The notes below the pieces were generated by a model. That model was given only the letters and a program-made list of their open reading frames with translations. It was not told the origin of the DNA and made no database searches. DNA of 63,942 bases, counting the filler, from Hyphochytrium catenoides (lineage: Eukaryota > Protista > Hyphochytriomycota), in NCBI GenBank assembly GCA_900088475.1. It is 10 parts of 10 records of this genome, joined end to end, with 100 filler letters (N's around TTAATTAATTAA, not from the genome) between each part and the next. Parts side by side here need not be neighbours in the genome. Positions count along the whole stretch, not along the records: positions 11,948 to 16,400 come from FLMG01001332.1; positions 16,501 to 34,854 come from FLMG01000458.1; 8 more parts are not named here. One strand, written 5' to 3'. Positions 12,816 to 25,625 of this stretch are shown here, one piece after another (positions within the stretch are counted from its first letter, which is position 1; each line of letters starts with the position of its first letter). The translations under genes and the position numbers were made by a program.

Positions 12816-14852
12816 ATGAGTAATCATGCTATGCGACACAGCTGGCACATGGAAGATGCCCTAGTGTTTCTCTTTGACTGCTTTCTTTTAGTGTCTCTAT
12901 CTTTCGTCATCGCAGCGATCTCCTTCATCCTCTTCATCGTATTCATTCTATGGTTCCCCTCGCCCCCCACTGACCGCTATTGCGACAACATGTGCGGAGA
13001 AGAGCATCCTCTTCCGGGCTGGTGCCGCCTGCACTTCTGCAACCTAGGAAACTATATCTTTATCCAGGTCTTCGAGATCCCTCCCACCTACTTCGGAGCT
13101 CTCTACCTGTACAAGAAAACGTTGCCCAAGCGATACCGGCAAAGGAGAAGGCAGATTTTCTCCATCTCCATCTTCTTCATTCTCTTGGCTTTCGTAGCGG
13201 ACTACGTGCAGGTCTTTAGCATTGGCTACTACTTCCTCGTCACTGAGATTATCTATGGCTTCTACTGCATGGTCCTCTTCTATGATAGCAGAAGAGGGGC
13301 GGCAGAGATACCATTCAAGGATTACGTTCTCCTAGTCGGCGCCAATGCTCTTCCACCGCTGACTGCCGTAGTGTTCGTCCAGATTGTGATGCTCTACCTG
13401 CCACACTGGCGCTATGGAGGGCTTATTGTCACTTACTTATTTCCCGCTTTCTTCCTTTTCCTAGCCTCGCTAACCGAGAAGAGCCTTGCCATCCTGCGAG
13501 AGAGCCCTGCCACTAGCCTTTTCCTCCACGTCGATGGTACTTTATATAAGATGAATATGGCCTACGGCATGCTTCAACTTTTCTCTGGAGCTGTGGTAGG
13601 CAAGGATGTGCTTACTATCCTAGTGATCTCTACCTCGGCATCTTGCGCCGGATACATGGCTACCTTAGTGTGGAGAACACCACGATTATGGAGGAAGGTT
13701 GGGCTCAACGTAGTGCCAAGCGCCTCCACGGTTGCTGTTTCCTCCGTCAAGTGGACGGAGCAGCACGCCCTCTATCGAACGGTAGTAAGGGGGGAAGGGA
13801 CACAAGTGGGAAGAAAGGAGAGTAATAGGAGCAGCCCGGACCAAAGTAGCAAGGGAGCTGGACGAGGAGGAGCACAAGGTCGAGACCTCTCACTCTCCGA
13901 AGGTGAGGTAAGGATGGCTGAAAGGAATGCAGGAGGGCCACCATTATCGGTAGAGGAGACAGACAACAGCGATGATGGGCCGAGGGCAGTGGCCAGCAGG
14001 ACGATGAGAGCTGTAGCAGAAGTCGGCATCAGTACTCAGGACAATAGTCAACAGTGCCACAGCGAGGGAATGGCTACTGTAACAGAAGGAAGAGGAGGTA
14101 GAGGCGGAAGCGTCATGACGGCAATATTATTGAAGGGAAGCGACAGAGAATCCACGACCCAAAGACCTGGCCATGAAGGAGCCAAGATATACGTCGGTGC
14201 CCCCACTGTCGCCCCCGGAGGAAAGAAAGAAGTCCTACCTGTCGCTGCATCGGCGGCGGCCGAGAGCAGAAGAGACATCGAGCCCCGGCAAGAGAAGAAA
14301 ACAGAAGATGGACCCACAAGTGAATGGTGGAGGAGGCACTTACCTCTTGGAGGAGGTGTTCGTAGCAACCAGGCGGAGGACCGAGGAATATACCAAAAAC
14401 GTAGCAGTAAAGGGCGAGATCTCAACAAAAGAGGGCGGCGGAGCACCGGAGACAGATTGGTAGCTGTCGGCCCCGAGGAGCTGTGGAAACGGATAGCGAT
14501 CAACATGGTGACGGCTACCATATGCGCAGTCGGGGTACTGGTGGCCACCGTTGTCTTCCGTGACTTGTTCTTCACCAAGATTTTGCCCTTTGAGTCGTGC
14601 TACCTCCCACATCTCTCCTTTGTTGAAGCCCTAAGCTTCAAGCTAGAGTATCTATGGTACATCCTTGCAGTGACAGGCGTTCTTTTAGCATTTGTGAAGG
14701 CTTTGGAACTGCTGGACTATGGGGTGCTGAGAATATGGCGAGATGATCGGAAGTCTTTGATTCTTATCGCAGTGATGGTCCAAGTGCTAAATGGCCCGTA
14801 CTTCTACTCCTGGCTACTGCTCAACATGATGAACGGGGAGCCCAGTTGCTAA
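12816..14852 (+). CDS. Intronless 678-aa orphan polytopic membrane protein (~7 N-terminal TMs, long disordered loop, ~3 C-terminal TMs)
   Basis: Long ATG ORF with multiple hydrophobic segments, a Cys-containing first loop (YCDNMCGEEHPLPGWCRLHFC) and a G/S/R/E-rich central region. Confidence 0.8.
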   Translation: MSNHAMRHSWHMEDALVFLFDCFLLVSLSFVIAAISFILFIVFILWFPSPPTDRYCDNMCGEEHPLPGWCRLHFCNLGNYIFIQVFEIPPTYFGALYLYKKTLPKRYRQRRRQIFSISIFFILLAFVADYVQVFSIGYYFLVTEIIYGFYCMVLFYDSRRGAAEIPFKDYVLLVGANALPPLTAVVFVQIVMLYLPHWRYGGLIVTYLFPAFFLFLASLTEKSLAILRESPATSLFLHVDGTLYKMNMAYGMLQLFSGAVVGKDVLTILVISTSASCAGYMATLVWRTPRLWRKVGLNVVPSASTVAVSSVKWTEQHALYRTVVRGEGTQVGRKESNRSSPDQSSKGAGRGGAQGRDLSLSEGEVRMAERNAGGPPLSVEETDNSDDGPRAVASRTMRAVAEVGISTQDNSQQCHSEGMATVTEGRGGRGGSVMTAILLKGSDRESTTQRPGHEGAKIYVGAPTVAPGGKKEVLPVAASAAAESRRDIEPRQEKKTEDGPTSEWWRRHLPLGGGVRSNQAEDRGIYQKRSSKGRDLNKRGRRSTGDRLVAVGPEELWKRIAINMVTATICAVGVLVATVVFRDLFFTKILPFESCYLPHLSFVEALSFKLEYLWYILAVTGVLLAFVKALELLDYGVLRIWRDDRKSLILIAVMVQVLNGPYFYSWLLLNMMNGEPSC

Positions 14853-15759
14853 GCAGGAGTGAGGCCTAACTCTGAATATATTTATTAACTTCAACTCTCA
14901 TTCCCGGGGCGTATCAAAGCTCAAGCCAATGGACGATGAGAGAGAAGTGCAGGCAATGCTGGATGGAGCAGATCAGGGGACTGCTAGTAGCACTCCGAGA
15001 AGAAGCAGGACCCTGACTGTGATCCTTATACCGCTTTCTTCTGGCCCCTAGGCCCACCACCAGTGATCCATCATCTGCTGAAAGGTACTCACGGGGCTAA
15101 GTATTAGCAGTATCTGGTCACAATATTTGTTCCCTGGCTCTTACATCCCGTCCTGCTCAAGAGAAAGCGAACTTACAATCTGCGCTACAGCGCACTGCGA
15201 AGATGATTTGCTAACACATCGCTCTGCATGGTGCTCCAGAAGGCGATGACCGAGGCCGATAGGCTATCAGCCACGCGACGAAGGACCTCCAACTGTCAGC
15301 TACACACCAGCTCCTCTCCTTATCGGTGTGTCTTACCTCCATCAGCTCATTGGCAATCGATGACTAGTTCGTCATCTTCTCCTTTCCGTTTTCATTTCCC
15401 GTCTCGCCCTCTCTCAATCGGCTAGCTCCCAGGTCCTTCCGCCATTCGACCCTTTCCCTTCTCACCCTAGACTGTAGATATGCTTCCAAATGACGGGACT
15501 CTCAACAGAAGGAAAAGGAATCAGAGCACCCCAGTGTCGGGCATCAGCAGCGCCGAGAGCTTTCTACAGATGGTCAGCTTCAGCCGCCATACGTTAGGTA
15601 TCAGCAGTTCTGAATGTCTGCCTATAAACCGACGGCCGGCATTAGCAATAGCAGCTATTATCCCAGCAGCGCTGAGTGGCTTGCTATAATCAATTGGCGG
15701 CCGGCATCAACAACAGCAGCTACCATTCCAGCAGCTCTCAGTGGCTAGAGGGGTGGCCA

Positions 15760-16200
15760 GCCCCAGCAGCAGCAGTAGCAGCAACCACCAGTGGTAGTCC
15801 CAGCCTTCAGTAGCAGCAGCCACCAGTGACAGCCCCAGCCTTAGTAACAGCAGCCACCAGTGGCAACCCCAGCCTTAGTAACAGCAGCCACCAGTGACAG
15901 CCCCAGCCTCAGTAGCAGCAGCCACCAGTGACAGCGCCAGCCTTCAGTAGCCCCAGCCACCAGTGACAGCGCCAGCCTTCAGTAGCCCCAGCCACCAGTG
16001 ACAGCCGCAGCCTCGATGACAGCAGCCACCAGTGGCAGGCCCAGCCTTCAGTAGCAGCAGCCACCAGTGACAGCCCCAGCCTTAGTAACAGCAGCCACCA
16101 GTGGCAACCCCAGCCTCAGTAGCAGCAGCCACCAGTGACAGCCCCAGCCTTAGTAACAGCAGCCACCAGTGACAGCCCCAGCCTCAGTAGCAGCAGAGCC
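15760..16200. repeat. Minisatellite, ~12-13 copies of a 34/35-bp unit (CAGCCACCAGTGACAGCCCCAGCCTYAGTARCAG)
   Basis: Unit starts at 15782, 15817, 15851, 15885, 15919, 15954, 15989, 16023, 16058, 16092, 16126, 16160. Confidence 0.95.
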
Positions 16201-16500
16201 AGCCCTCCTTCGTCGTCGACTATGACCTTTCACTATCCATCAACCATTGTAACTTCTTCCCATCAATATCTTTCACTGAGTTTATTTCATCCCTTGGGAG
16301 AACCTATCTAAAGTTGAAGGCTGAAATGTTTCCAAAGATCCTTTGGCGGAAGCATTAAATGTTTCTGATGGGCTTGAGAATAAGGCGAAGCTTCGATCGT
16401 NNNNNNNNNNNNNNNNNNNNNNNNNNNNNNNNNNNNNNNNNNNNTTAATTAATTAANNNNNNNNNNNNNNNNNNNNNNNNNNNNNNNNNNNNNNNNNNNN

Positions 16501-16572
16501 TCTTGGCTTCCCCTTTGAACGCTCGCCTTAGCAGCTTCCGAACCTCCGCAGCAGTAGAGAGAGAGAGAGAGT

Positions 16573-16607
<35 letters not shown>

Positions 16608-17739
16608 GTTTCACGTCAGTCCAAGAGACAGTGCTGTGTACTGAGGTTCTGGGCAGGTGGGCAGAGGAGGGTTGGGGCAGCAGCCAGAGAGAAAGGAAGC
16701 AGAAGAGAAGAGAAAGAGAGAGACAGACGACCTAAGAGAGAGACGAGGAGAGAGAGAGAGAAGAGGTGGGATAAGACAAAATGAAGGAGGAGGAGCAGGC
16801 ATACCTCTCGTCGTGAGTGCTGCTCTGCGGCATCGCCGTCTATTTCTTCCTCTTGGAGCGCAGCTTCAGCCTCATCGTCCCACACATCCACATCCTGAGG
16901 GATAGAAGAGAGAGAAGTGCCTGTGCTCTCTAACTCTCTCTTCTCATTGTTTTCCTGTCCGTTGTCTTTCTCTGCTACTTTCTCCTCTCCTACCCCTGCC
17001 GTCTTATGAAGAACCTTAGGGCGTGTCTTTCTCCGAACGAAGGGGTTCGCGTCCTCTTCAAGCTCAAGCTTCTCACTAGGGCGGCTGGAGATAAGAGAGA
17101 GAGAGGAATCAGAGGGCAGTCGATGTCGTAGGAGAGAGCTTGACGATGAAGAGGAGGAAGGCAAGAAAAAAAATAAGCGGACAAGGAGAGAGGTGTCCAC
17201 CGAAGAGAGGTGCGCGAAAGAAGTGCCAGGCACCGGGAGGTAGCAAGCTGAGAAGAGTCTGAGTAACGGAGCTCCCCATTATGTCTCTCTCTCCCTTTCT
17301 CTCTCTCCCCCCTCCCCCTCTCTCTTTTCTTTCTCTCCCTTCCTCTTTCTCTTCTTTCGCTTTCTCTCTCTCTTTCTCGTCTCGAAACCACCAGGCTTCT
17401 CCTCTGACCTCGCGGCAGAAGCTGATCCTGTCGATGCCACTAGCCGCGACTTAAGAACCGGCTTTTTAAGCGTGGAAAGAGAGGAAGTGGCCGCTCCTAA
17501 GTTTAGCAAGGCGAGCGGATCCGACTCCGCCAGCGTCCTCTCGTGAGCCTTGGAAGCCTCCAAGAGCTCCTTCAGCTCAGTTACGGCCTCTTCTTGAAGC
17601 TGAAGATAAGCGACATGAGTACAAGAGAAAAAAGAGAGAGAGAGGGAGAGGAAGAGGGAGAGAGAGGGAGAGAGAAAGAGAAGAAGAAAGAGAAAGGGAG
17701 AGAGAGCAACAGAAGGGAGAGAGAGAGAGAGAGAAAGAA

Positions 17740-17798
<59 letters not shown>

Positions 17799-18113
17799 GT
17801 AAGCGAAAGAAAGTGTAGAAGAGAGCGTTAGATAAAACAGTTATATCGTGTCGAGAGCTGTCGAGATGAGGGAGAGTGCTATCCTTGCCTTGTCATATTC
17901 CAACTGCTGTGCCTTCAGCTGTTGAAGATCATAAACAGATGCTCCAGAAGGGTGCTGACTGTGGCTGGATGTATGATAGTGGACCAAGCACAGTAGCTCC
18001 TGGCAGCAACTGACACAGACGGCCCTGACACTCGATGGATCGCGGTGTCGAGCATCAAGGCCGAGCTCTTGCAGACAAACTCCGCAGTCTTTCTTCTCTC
18101 CTAAGCGCGCCAT
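16501..18113 (-). CDS. Partial multi-exon gene with N-terminal Cys/His zinc finger (B-box-like) followed by a coiled coil
   Basis: ATG at 18113: CGVC...AVCVSCCQELLCLVHYHTSSHSQH, then QQLKAQQLEYDK|LQEEAVTELKELLEASK. Downstream frame is ambiguous across a microsatellite; the 3' end runs to the contig edge. Confidence 0.5.
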
Positions 18114-18431
18114 AGTCGCTGCTCCTCAACCGTAGCTGTTATCGCTCTAGCACCCATGCCAAACACGCTTCACTCTTCACGAACCCTCTAGGATGGACTT
18201 CATGAAAGAATCCAACTGCGTCATCGATAAATTTCCATCAGCATGTGTCCTCATGTCATCTTCACAGCTGCAGACAGAAACTGCAGACCCTCATGCAGAT
18301 CTCTGAGAGAGAGGCAACGGATCTCCATGAAACTGGGTCTTCGGTCTCCATAAAGAAAACTCTTTGAAGACAAATTCTTGACATTCTGAAGATTCTTCAA
18401 TCCAAGGGTGGTACTGGAAATATAACAATGA

Positions 18432-18500
18432 CCGCTAACGGTAAACTGTTGGGCCGGCTAATAAAAGAGCAAGCAGGGGCGGATAATATGCCGCTAACGG
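18432..18500 (+). promoter_or_regulatory. CCGCTAACGG motif pair upstream of the zinc-finger gene
   Basis: Exact copies at 18432-18441 and 18491-18500, 320-390 bp from the ATG at 18113. Confidence 0.45.
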
Positions 18501-19473
18501 CTAGGAGGGAGGATATGGGACGATATTTATTATATGTAATGATAAAGCAATGAGAGCCTCCTTCCATCATGCTGCCATCCTCTTGCACTTTTCACGCATA
18601 CTTTGCCCCTGAGAAAGGTGTATGAGTGGAGGAGTCTTGAGCGGAACATGGAGCAGCCTAGCCTGGCTGCCCCTTAATGTGGAGGCATGAGTTGCTCTTA
18701 TTTAATACTCCGTACATGCCGATGACCGGAAGCTTGTCAGAAGACAGTCGAAGCCCGCGCAACCTTCGTTACGATGGCTGGCCATTTCGGAAGTGGCGAA
18801 GATGGGTCATTGTCCCCACTCCTAACTCTGAATATCAACGCGGGTCTCTCTTGCAGACCTTGGAGGCGCTTGCAAGTTTTCAAGAGCAATGCACCCTTAG
18901 GATACCAGAAAATGGTGCCAGTAAGACTTGTATTCGGAAGAGACGTATCAGGACGTGAGTCCGCAAACTTCGAACACATCAAGTAAGGATGCTGTGAAGG
19001 AAGCTAGAAGAGGAAGAAGGAAAGGAAGAGTTTGGGGGAGAGAAAGTAAATCAGAAGCGGAGTGTGACACCAAGGAGTTTGGCGGAGAAAGCTAGCTATG
19101 TTTCGTGGAGCGAGGCGTCACGGCAATACAAGCTATAGAAGCTTTTCGAAGTAACCCAAGAGACTGTTACAATTGAGAGAAGTCTTTGCCTCCTATCTTC
19201 CATGGAGGGCCGCCCTAGCTAAGGTCTTTCTTCTGTCAGACTATCCTTCTTTTTCCAATAAGCCCTCTTTGGCATAAATAAAAAGTGAACAACCGCCCCT
19301 ACTATCACCCTAGAGTAATAACCTCTAAAAACAGAGCCGCAGCCGAGGGCCCCTTTACGTAGCTGCTGACTGGTACTGCTAATGAGCAGCATACATGGGT
19401 GGCCTTGGAGGATAGCCGCTGTTATATCGAGTGAGTTCTAATCCTTCCAGAACAAGCCAGGGCAAACTCAAGC

Positions 19474-20248
19474 TTACCTTCCACCACCAGGAGGACCAGG
19501 AGGCGGCATTCCAGGACCAGGAGGCGGCATTCCAGGGCCAGGAGGAGGCATTCCGGGGCCAGGAGGAGGCATACCGGGGCCAGGAGGAGGAGGACCTCTG
19601 GGATGCCCGCCGGGACCCGGAGGAGGCATTCCAGGCCCTGGAGGAGGCATACCAGGTCCAGGCGGAGGGGGTCCTCGAGGTCCACCAGGAGGTCCGGGAG
19701 GAGGCTGTGAACCCGGTCCTGGTGGAGGAGGTCCTCTTGGTGGCATTCCTAAGGTAACAGAGAGCTGAGAGTTATAACGACCGCCTCATGCCTCACAATC
19801 AGGTGTACTAGCTTACCTGGATTCCCATAAGGTCCAGGAGGAGGATATCCCATTCCTCCAGGGCCTGGCGGCGGCCTGGCCATAGGCATTGCTGGGAATG
19901 GTCTTGGTGGCATGCCCTGCCCCGGCAGGCCAGGACGTAGCCAAGCTCCAGCTGAATAGCAAAGGTGCAATGTCAAGTTTAGCTAATAGGACTACGCTGA
20001 TAGGATCGTCGAATGGTCGCGAGTGGACTTACGGACAAACTCTGCGGTCATCATCGCTGCATTCTCAGCCAAAAACTGCTCATAGTACGCCTTAACGTTC
20101 TCCCTATGCTTCCATCCTCTATTGTGCTGCTTCCTTCCTGCTTGCTGTGGACTTCGTCAGCATGAAATTTGCAAAGAGGCCATCGGACAGCACTTACAGA
20201 GTCATGAGTAAGGTAGGTATCGCAATAGTCGCAATAGTATCTGGGCAT
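19474..20248 (-). CDS. SNRPC: U1 small nuclear ribonucleoprotein C (exons ~20248-20198, 20144-20033, 19951-19817, 19748-19474)
   Basis: [17 protein letters not shown]|[24 protein letters not shown] zinc finger; GT-AG introns restore frame; Pro/Gly/Met-rich tail with PPPGPGM repeats. A further short terminal exon is possible. Confidence 0.95.
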
Positions 20249-21151
20249 CGTAGCCAACCCACAGCTCTTTGAGAGCTGTGATGTCCCCCTTGACTCTTCT
20301 CAAGGCCCCAATACTTCCCTCTTCCAGCCGTCCTCGTGCTCCGAGCTGCAGAAGTATTTGTCTGGAATCTCTATTTCCAGATCTGCAGGCTGTGCTGCTG
20401 TTGTGCTGTGGATCAGATCTTCATTTTGACCTTCCTTCGTCGTCCGTCGCCGCCGCCGGTCATTTGACAGAAATCTCCCACCCATCCAAATGTATTGGTA
20501 AATGGGGCTTTGTATGCTTTCGCGCCTAACCATCCTTTCAAAATGCTACTGATACTTTATCCGCATTCACTGTATTTGGAATAACTTGTTCAGCTGGATA
20601 GATCAGTACATTCAGTAACTGGGGTTTAGTAATCACAAGCAAAAGGCGAGGTCTAAATAGATCTGCATTTTGCATTTCTGCATCTTCGAGAACAGAGCTT
20701 CAGAATTTTAGAGACCTGTGAAGCTGTTGCGAAGGCGTAGCATTGCTCGACTAGAGATCGATGAACCTCAAGGAATGGATGAAAGCACCAGCAGAGGTTA
20801 GTGAAGCTGTAGCAAAAGGAAATGAAGGGTAACGTAAGCAGGTCAATGGAGATTACGGATGAAGCATGAGGACAGACAGCGCCACAACGTCTATATATAC
20901 AATGAAGGCCATCAGATGGAGCTCAGGAGGAAATAGGAGCTCAAGAGGCCAATGATGTAAGATCTAGAATAGGAAGTCGTCTGAGATGCATGACGGCTGC
21001 CACACTTAGGATACTTGCGCACTACGTCCAACAAGAACTGTCAGTATAACCTTACATAGCATAGGACGCCAAGATTGTTGCTTGCTTAGTACAAAGATAA
21101 GAAGGTGCTGAGCACAAGGAGGAGACACTATAGATTGGTGGTACTATCATC

Positions 21152-22758
21152 CTATACATCAAAGCCTTCTTCCGTCTCTTTGACGCCATTCTCCCCACCT
21201 ACGGGCTTGGGCGAGCGTCCAGCCACCGGCGAAAGATGGGGCTTCACTTCCTTCTCCTTCGCCATCGCGGCCAGTTTATCGTCCAGTGCTTTCAGAGCCC
21301 GAGCTCTAAAGGAAATATCGTAGGCGTTAACACGACGATAAAAGAATTAGCAAATTAAGGTAGAAGATGTTTTCTCACGTGCCCAGGGATGAATGGCTGA
21401 GGAGCTGAGGAAGGAGGCGAACCAGTAGAGCACTGAGCCAAGGCTTTGCACAAAGAAGAAAGGCCTATTGCCAGCGCTGAGGCCAGCTCAAGGAAATTAA
21501 GGAGAGATCTCACCTTCTTCTCTCGCCAACAGGGTCCAGCTTTCTTGACTCGACGGGCTATAGAGAGATAGACAGGGAGAAAAGACTTGGTTAAGTTCTA
21601 TGCGTCCTTGGCTTTACAAAGAGACAGGTTTGTCGCGCATACCATCGCCAAGGGAAGCGTGGTGCGGCTCTTGAAGAAGCCGCATAGCCGTAGAACCGCA
21701 TAGATGAAGTCACAGAGAGGGGTGATCCATCGCCTGCGTAGAGAGAGATCGAAAGAAGACATTAGGGGACAAGGTGCCTTACTTGTGAGCTGATGCGGAG
21801 AGAGACAAGTCATAGTGGGAAGATAGACAATAACAAGGCATATGCGGGGTTTTCAGAGATGTCGTAGTACCAGCTGAGGAAGAATAGAAGAAGAGAGAGA
21901 GGGAGAGAGAGAGAGAGAGAGAGAAAAGAACATTCAAAAGAGAGAGAGGAGCAAGGGCAGAAAAGAGAACGAGAGCAGAAGCTGACGGAGAGAACAGAAA
22001 GAAAGAGAGGAGAAAAGTAGAAGAGACACCGGCCGTCAGACATTTAGGGAATCGAAGCGACCCGCGCAGACGAAGGGCCATCAGGGGAAAGAGAGCAAGA
22101 GAACAAGAGAGAAAGTGCTATGCAGATCCAGGTTTATCCACTGTTCTTACCTTAACGGAGAAGGAAAGAGCTGAGCAAAGGCAAATCCCTCAGACATATC
22201 TCCTACTGTGCCGTCCTTGTTGACCATAGCAAATCGTAAATACGTCCACGATCCCAAGAGAGAGAGAAGGACAAGAGGAAGGTCCAAGCCTCTTTGCATG
22301 GACGTGAAAGGTGCCTCTAGGCACCATAGAGCTCCATAAACAAGAAGAAGAGAAAGTGGAGCTTGCTGTTATGGCAACCAGAGAGTTAGACTTTTGAGCA
22401 AAGAGTGAGTTCTTTGGAAGGACGAAAAAGAGAGAAGCGAAAAAGAGAGAAGAGGAGAGACTACAAAGCAAGAGAATAAGAGAGGGGAACGGACGGACGA
22501 CCAAGCAACGGGAGAGAGAGAGAGAAAATGATAGGATGATCGAAGGAAGAGAAGGGGTGAGAGGTAAACCGTTGACGAGAGAGAGAAAGAGAGAGGCGCT
22601 CACGTACTTGCAGCTGAAGGGAAGGAAAGAAGGGAACTGGAGCCGCTGGGGTCATTCTAACCAACGCTAGCAGGTAACCCATCACCAGACCTCCAGATCC
22701 AGAGACTGACACGATTCTAGTGCCGCGCAGAGAGAGAAATGGGGCGTGTGCGAGAGAC

Positions 22759-22793
<35 letters not shown>

Positions 22794-23489
22794 GAGAGGG
22801 AGAGAAAGAGAGAGGGGGAGAGAGAGAGAGAGAGAGANNNNNNNNNNNNNNNNNNNNNNNNNNNNNNNNNNNNNNNNNNNNNNNNNNNNNNNNNNNNNNN
22901 NNNNNNNNGAGAGAGAAAGAGGTGAGAAAGCGTGCAGGGAAAGCAGAGAGGGAGCGAGAGAGCCGAGGGGCATGGGGAGAAGCGAGAGAGACTTAGAGGT
23001 CACAAGAGGATAGTGAGGAAGAAACATGAGGCTAAGACTATGGAGAAGGAGAAGCAAAGGGACTGAAGTCTTATACACAAGAGCGGGAAACAGTCAAAGT
23101 TCGAGACACTCTCAAGGTTGCTCTCTAGGGAAGAACAGACACAAAAAGGAAACGAGAGAGAAAGACTGCGTAAAAAGACTAAGGGAGAGAAAGAACCGGC
23201 GGAACGAGGAACAAGGGGTGTGAGAAAGCAAAACGAGAGAGCGATAGGGAAGAGAAAGAGAAAAAGGGAAGGGAAGGAGAGGTGAGAAACGGGAGAAAGA
23301 GACGACATACAGGAAGATGTCTCTTCTGGTGACGATGTAGAGGGTCACTTGGGCGCAGAAGATGATGAATGCAGAGCCGAGCTGCGTCAGGACCAAGAAC
23401 TTGAAGAGACTTCCTCCTCCCAGCTCACTCTCCACACTCTTCCCACAAAGAGCCAAAATAAACGAAGAGATAACCAGCTGACAAATAAG

Positions 23490-23529
<40 letters not shown>

Positions 23530-24715
23530 GAGAGAGCGACAGAGAGAGAGCGAGAAGAATGCGGGAGGGAGAGAGGGAAAGACAGAGACAAGAGGGGTTA
23601 AAGAAGGGGAGAGGTTGGCGAGAGGAAAGGAAGAGAGGGCCAACAAACGGAAGAGACACAAAGAACGGCATCAGTATGGGACTTTCGGTTGTGACAGAAC
23701 CGGAAGAGAAAGAAAAAACTCCTTTCTTCCTTTCAAAGAAAGAGGAAAGAGATCTGGACATAGCGAGGAAGAGGGAGACATCCACCACTAGATAGCCAAA
23801 GCGAGAGAGAGGGGGGGAGAGAGAGGGGGGAAAGAGAGGAGAAGCGAAACCTACGTCTAGAGAAAGACGAGGAGGCATAAGAAGAGGGAGAGAGAGAGAG
23901 AGAGAGAGAGAAACAAAAGACTACGTTCTAGAGAAAGACAAGGAGCATAAGAAGAGAGACAAGAGCAAGAGGAGGGAAGAACAAGGTGGCAATCTTTATC
24001 TCTGAACCTTCTCCTGCAAGTACCTTAGAAAAGCTTGACTCGAAGAGAGCGCAAGTGAGGAAGCCCCAGAAGCGAATATGTTCCAGTATACAGCTGGAAA
24101 GAGAGGGAGAGAGAGAGAGAATAAGACAGATAGAGAGAGAGAGAGAGAAAAGGTAAGGGAAGACCGTCAATGCATTGACTCCTTCACGTTAAGGACAGAC
24201 CAACTTGATGAGAGATGAGGCCAAAGAAGAGAGAGAGAGAGAGAGAGAGAACGAAAGAGAGAGAAGATACAGCCGGACGAGAGAGAGGTTACTACTACCC
24301 CGCGAAAAAGAAAGCAAGGGGACGAGGAGCCCGGGGGATAGAGAGTTCTCTCGAAAGACGTGGAGACATACTTCATGGGAGAGAGTCCTACATAGTCCTC
24401 CGTCGGGAAGAAGAGACTGGAGAGAAAGAGAATATTGAAGGTGATAACCAGGACGAGTGTGATGGGGCCCGCGCTGGGAAGCTGCAGAAGAGAGACAGAG
24501 AGAGCAACCTATTCTTAGGCAGTAAAGTAGACGAACATATGGGAATGAGAGAAAGAAAGAAAAAAATAGAGAGTGAGAGAGAGATGATGCTGAAGCAATG
24601 GGGAGAGGTGTGGGGGTAGGAAAGAGGATTTGGCAGGGAAGCCACAGGGCAAGCGAGGCAATGCGGGGGAGGAGAGAGACGAGACCTAGAGAGACAGACA
24701 GACACAGACGGACAG

Positions 24716-24749
<34 letters not shown>

Positions 24750-24914
24750 CAACGAGAGAAGCTTGCGGAGGGAAAGAAAGCCGAAGACAAGCGAAAGGAG
24801 CAACAGCAGAGAGAGCGACAGATGGAGAGACAGAGTACCAAGGGTTTCGGGTTTATAAGATGGAGAAGAGAATGGAGTGCTCACGTTGCCCAGTGCTTCT
24901 CGGAAGACTGACAT
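21152..24914 (-). CDS. TMEM115: TMEM115 / DUF1751 rhomboid-like Golgi membrane protein, multi-exon
   Basis: Exons read WGFLTCALFESS, LCGKSVESELGGGSLFKF, SGSGGLVMGYLLALVRMTP, SWTYLRFAMVNKDGTVGDMSEGFAFAQLFP, and C-terminal ERRRARALKALDDKL, matching family motifs. Start (MSVFREALGN|gtgag) is inferred. Confidence 0.85.
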
Positions 24915-25056
24915 CCTTAACAAGAGAAAGAGAGCGGAGCTCTCTCTGTTGCACCTCCAACTGCCTCTACTCTGACGTACAGAGAGAGACAGAGAGCGAG
25001 AGCGAGAGCGAGAGCGAGAGAGAGAGAGAGAGAGAGACAGAGAGAGACAGAGAGAG

Positions 25057-25100
<44 letters not shown>

Positions 25101-25501
25101 GACGAGGAGAGAGCAGTGTAAGAGAGAGGAGAGTGAGATGGAGAGAGAGGAATGCCAAAGAAGAGAGAGAAGAAGTCACACGTATTGCCCTCTAACACGC
25201 ACAAAAGAGGCACCACGGAAGACGGAAAGAAGAAAGAGACAATTCAGCACTTGCGGGGACAGAGAGAGAAGAGAGAGAGAGAACGAAAAGAGAAAGGAGC
25301 CTCGGGAGAGGATCTTTCTCAGCGCGCCGCAGACGTGAAGGATCTGTCTCTTGATATTGTCCGCATTAAACGACCAAGGATAGACAAATGGACGTCCTGC
25401 TAGGAGGTTGAAGGAGTAGTAAAGAGGACAGACAGCGGTAAGGAGAGAGAGGGAAGCGAGGGCAGCAAGGAGAGAAAGCAAGAGGAAAGCGAGAAAGAGA
25501 C

Positions 25502-25533
<32 letters not shown>

Positions 25534-25625
25534 GAGAGAGAGAGAAAGAGAGAGAGAAAGAGAAAAAGGGAAAAGTCAGACACTTCTCACTCCACCATAC
25601 TGGTTTTTATGGCAGTTTACGGCAG

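Noticed and set aside
15760-16200. CRISPR-like appearance of ~35-bp repeats
   Set aside because: Units are head-to-tail with no unique spacers, there are no cas genes, and the context is eukaryotic.
18677-18986. Three overlapping 70-93 aa ORFs between the zinc-finger gene and U1-C
   Set aside because: No motif or splice evidence favouring any frame.
19431-19757. Plus-strand ORF with QEEAFRG-like heptads
   Set aside because: Antisense shadow of the 21-bp PPPGPGM repeats in U1-C.
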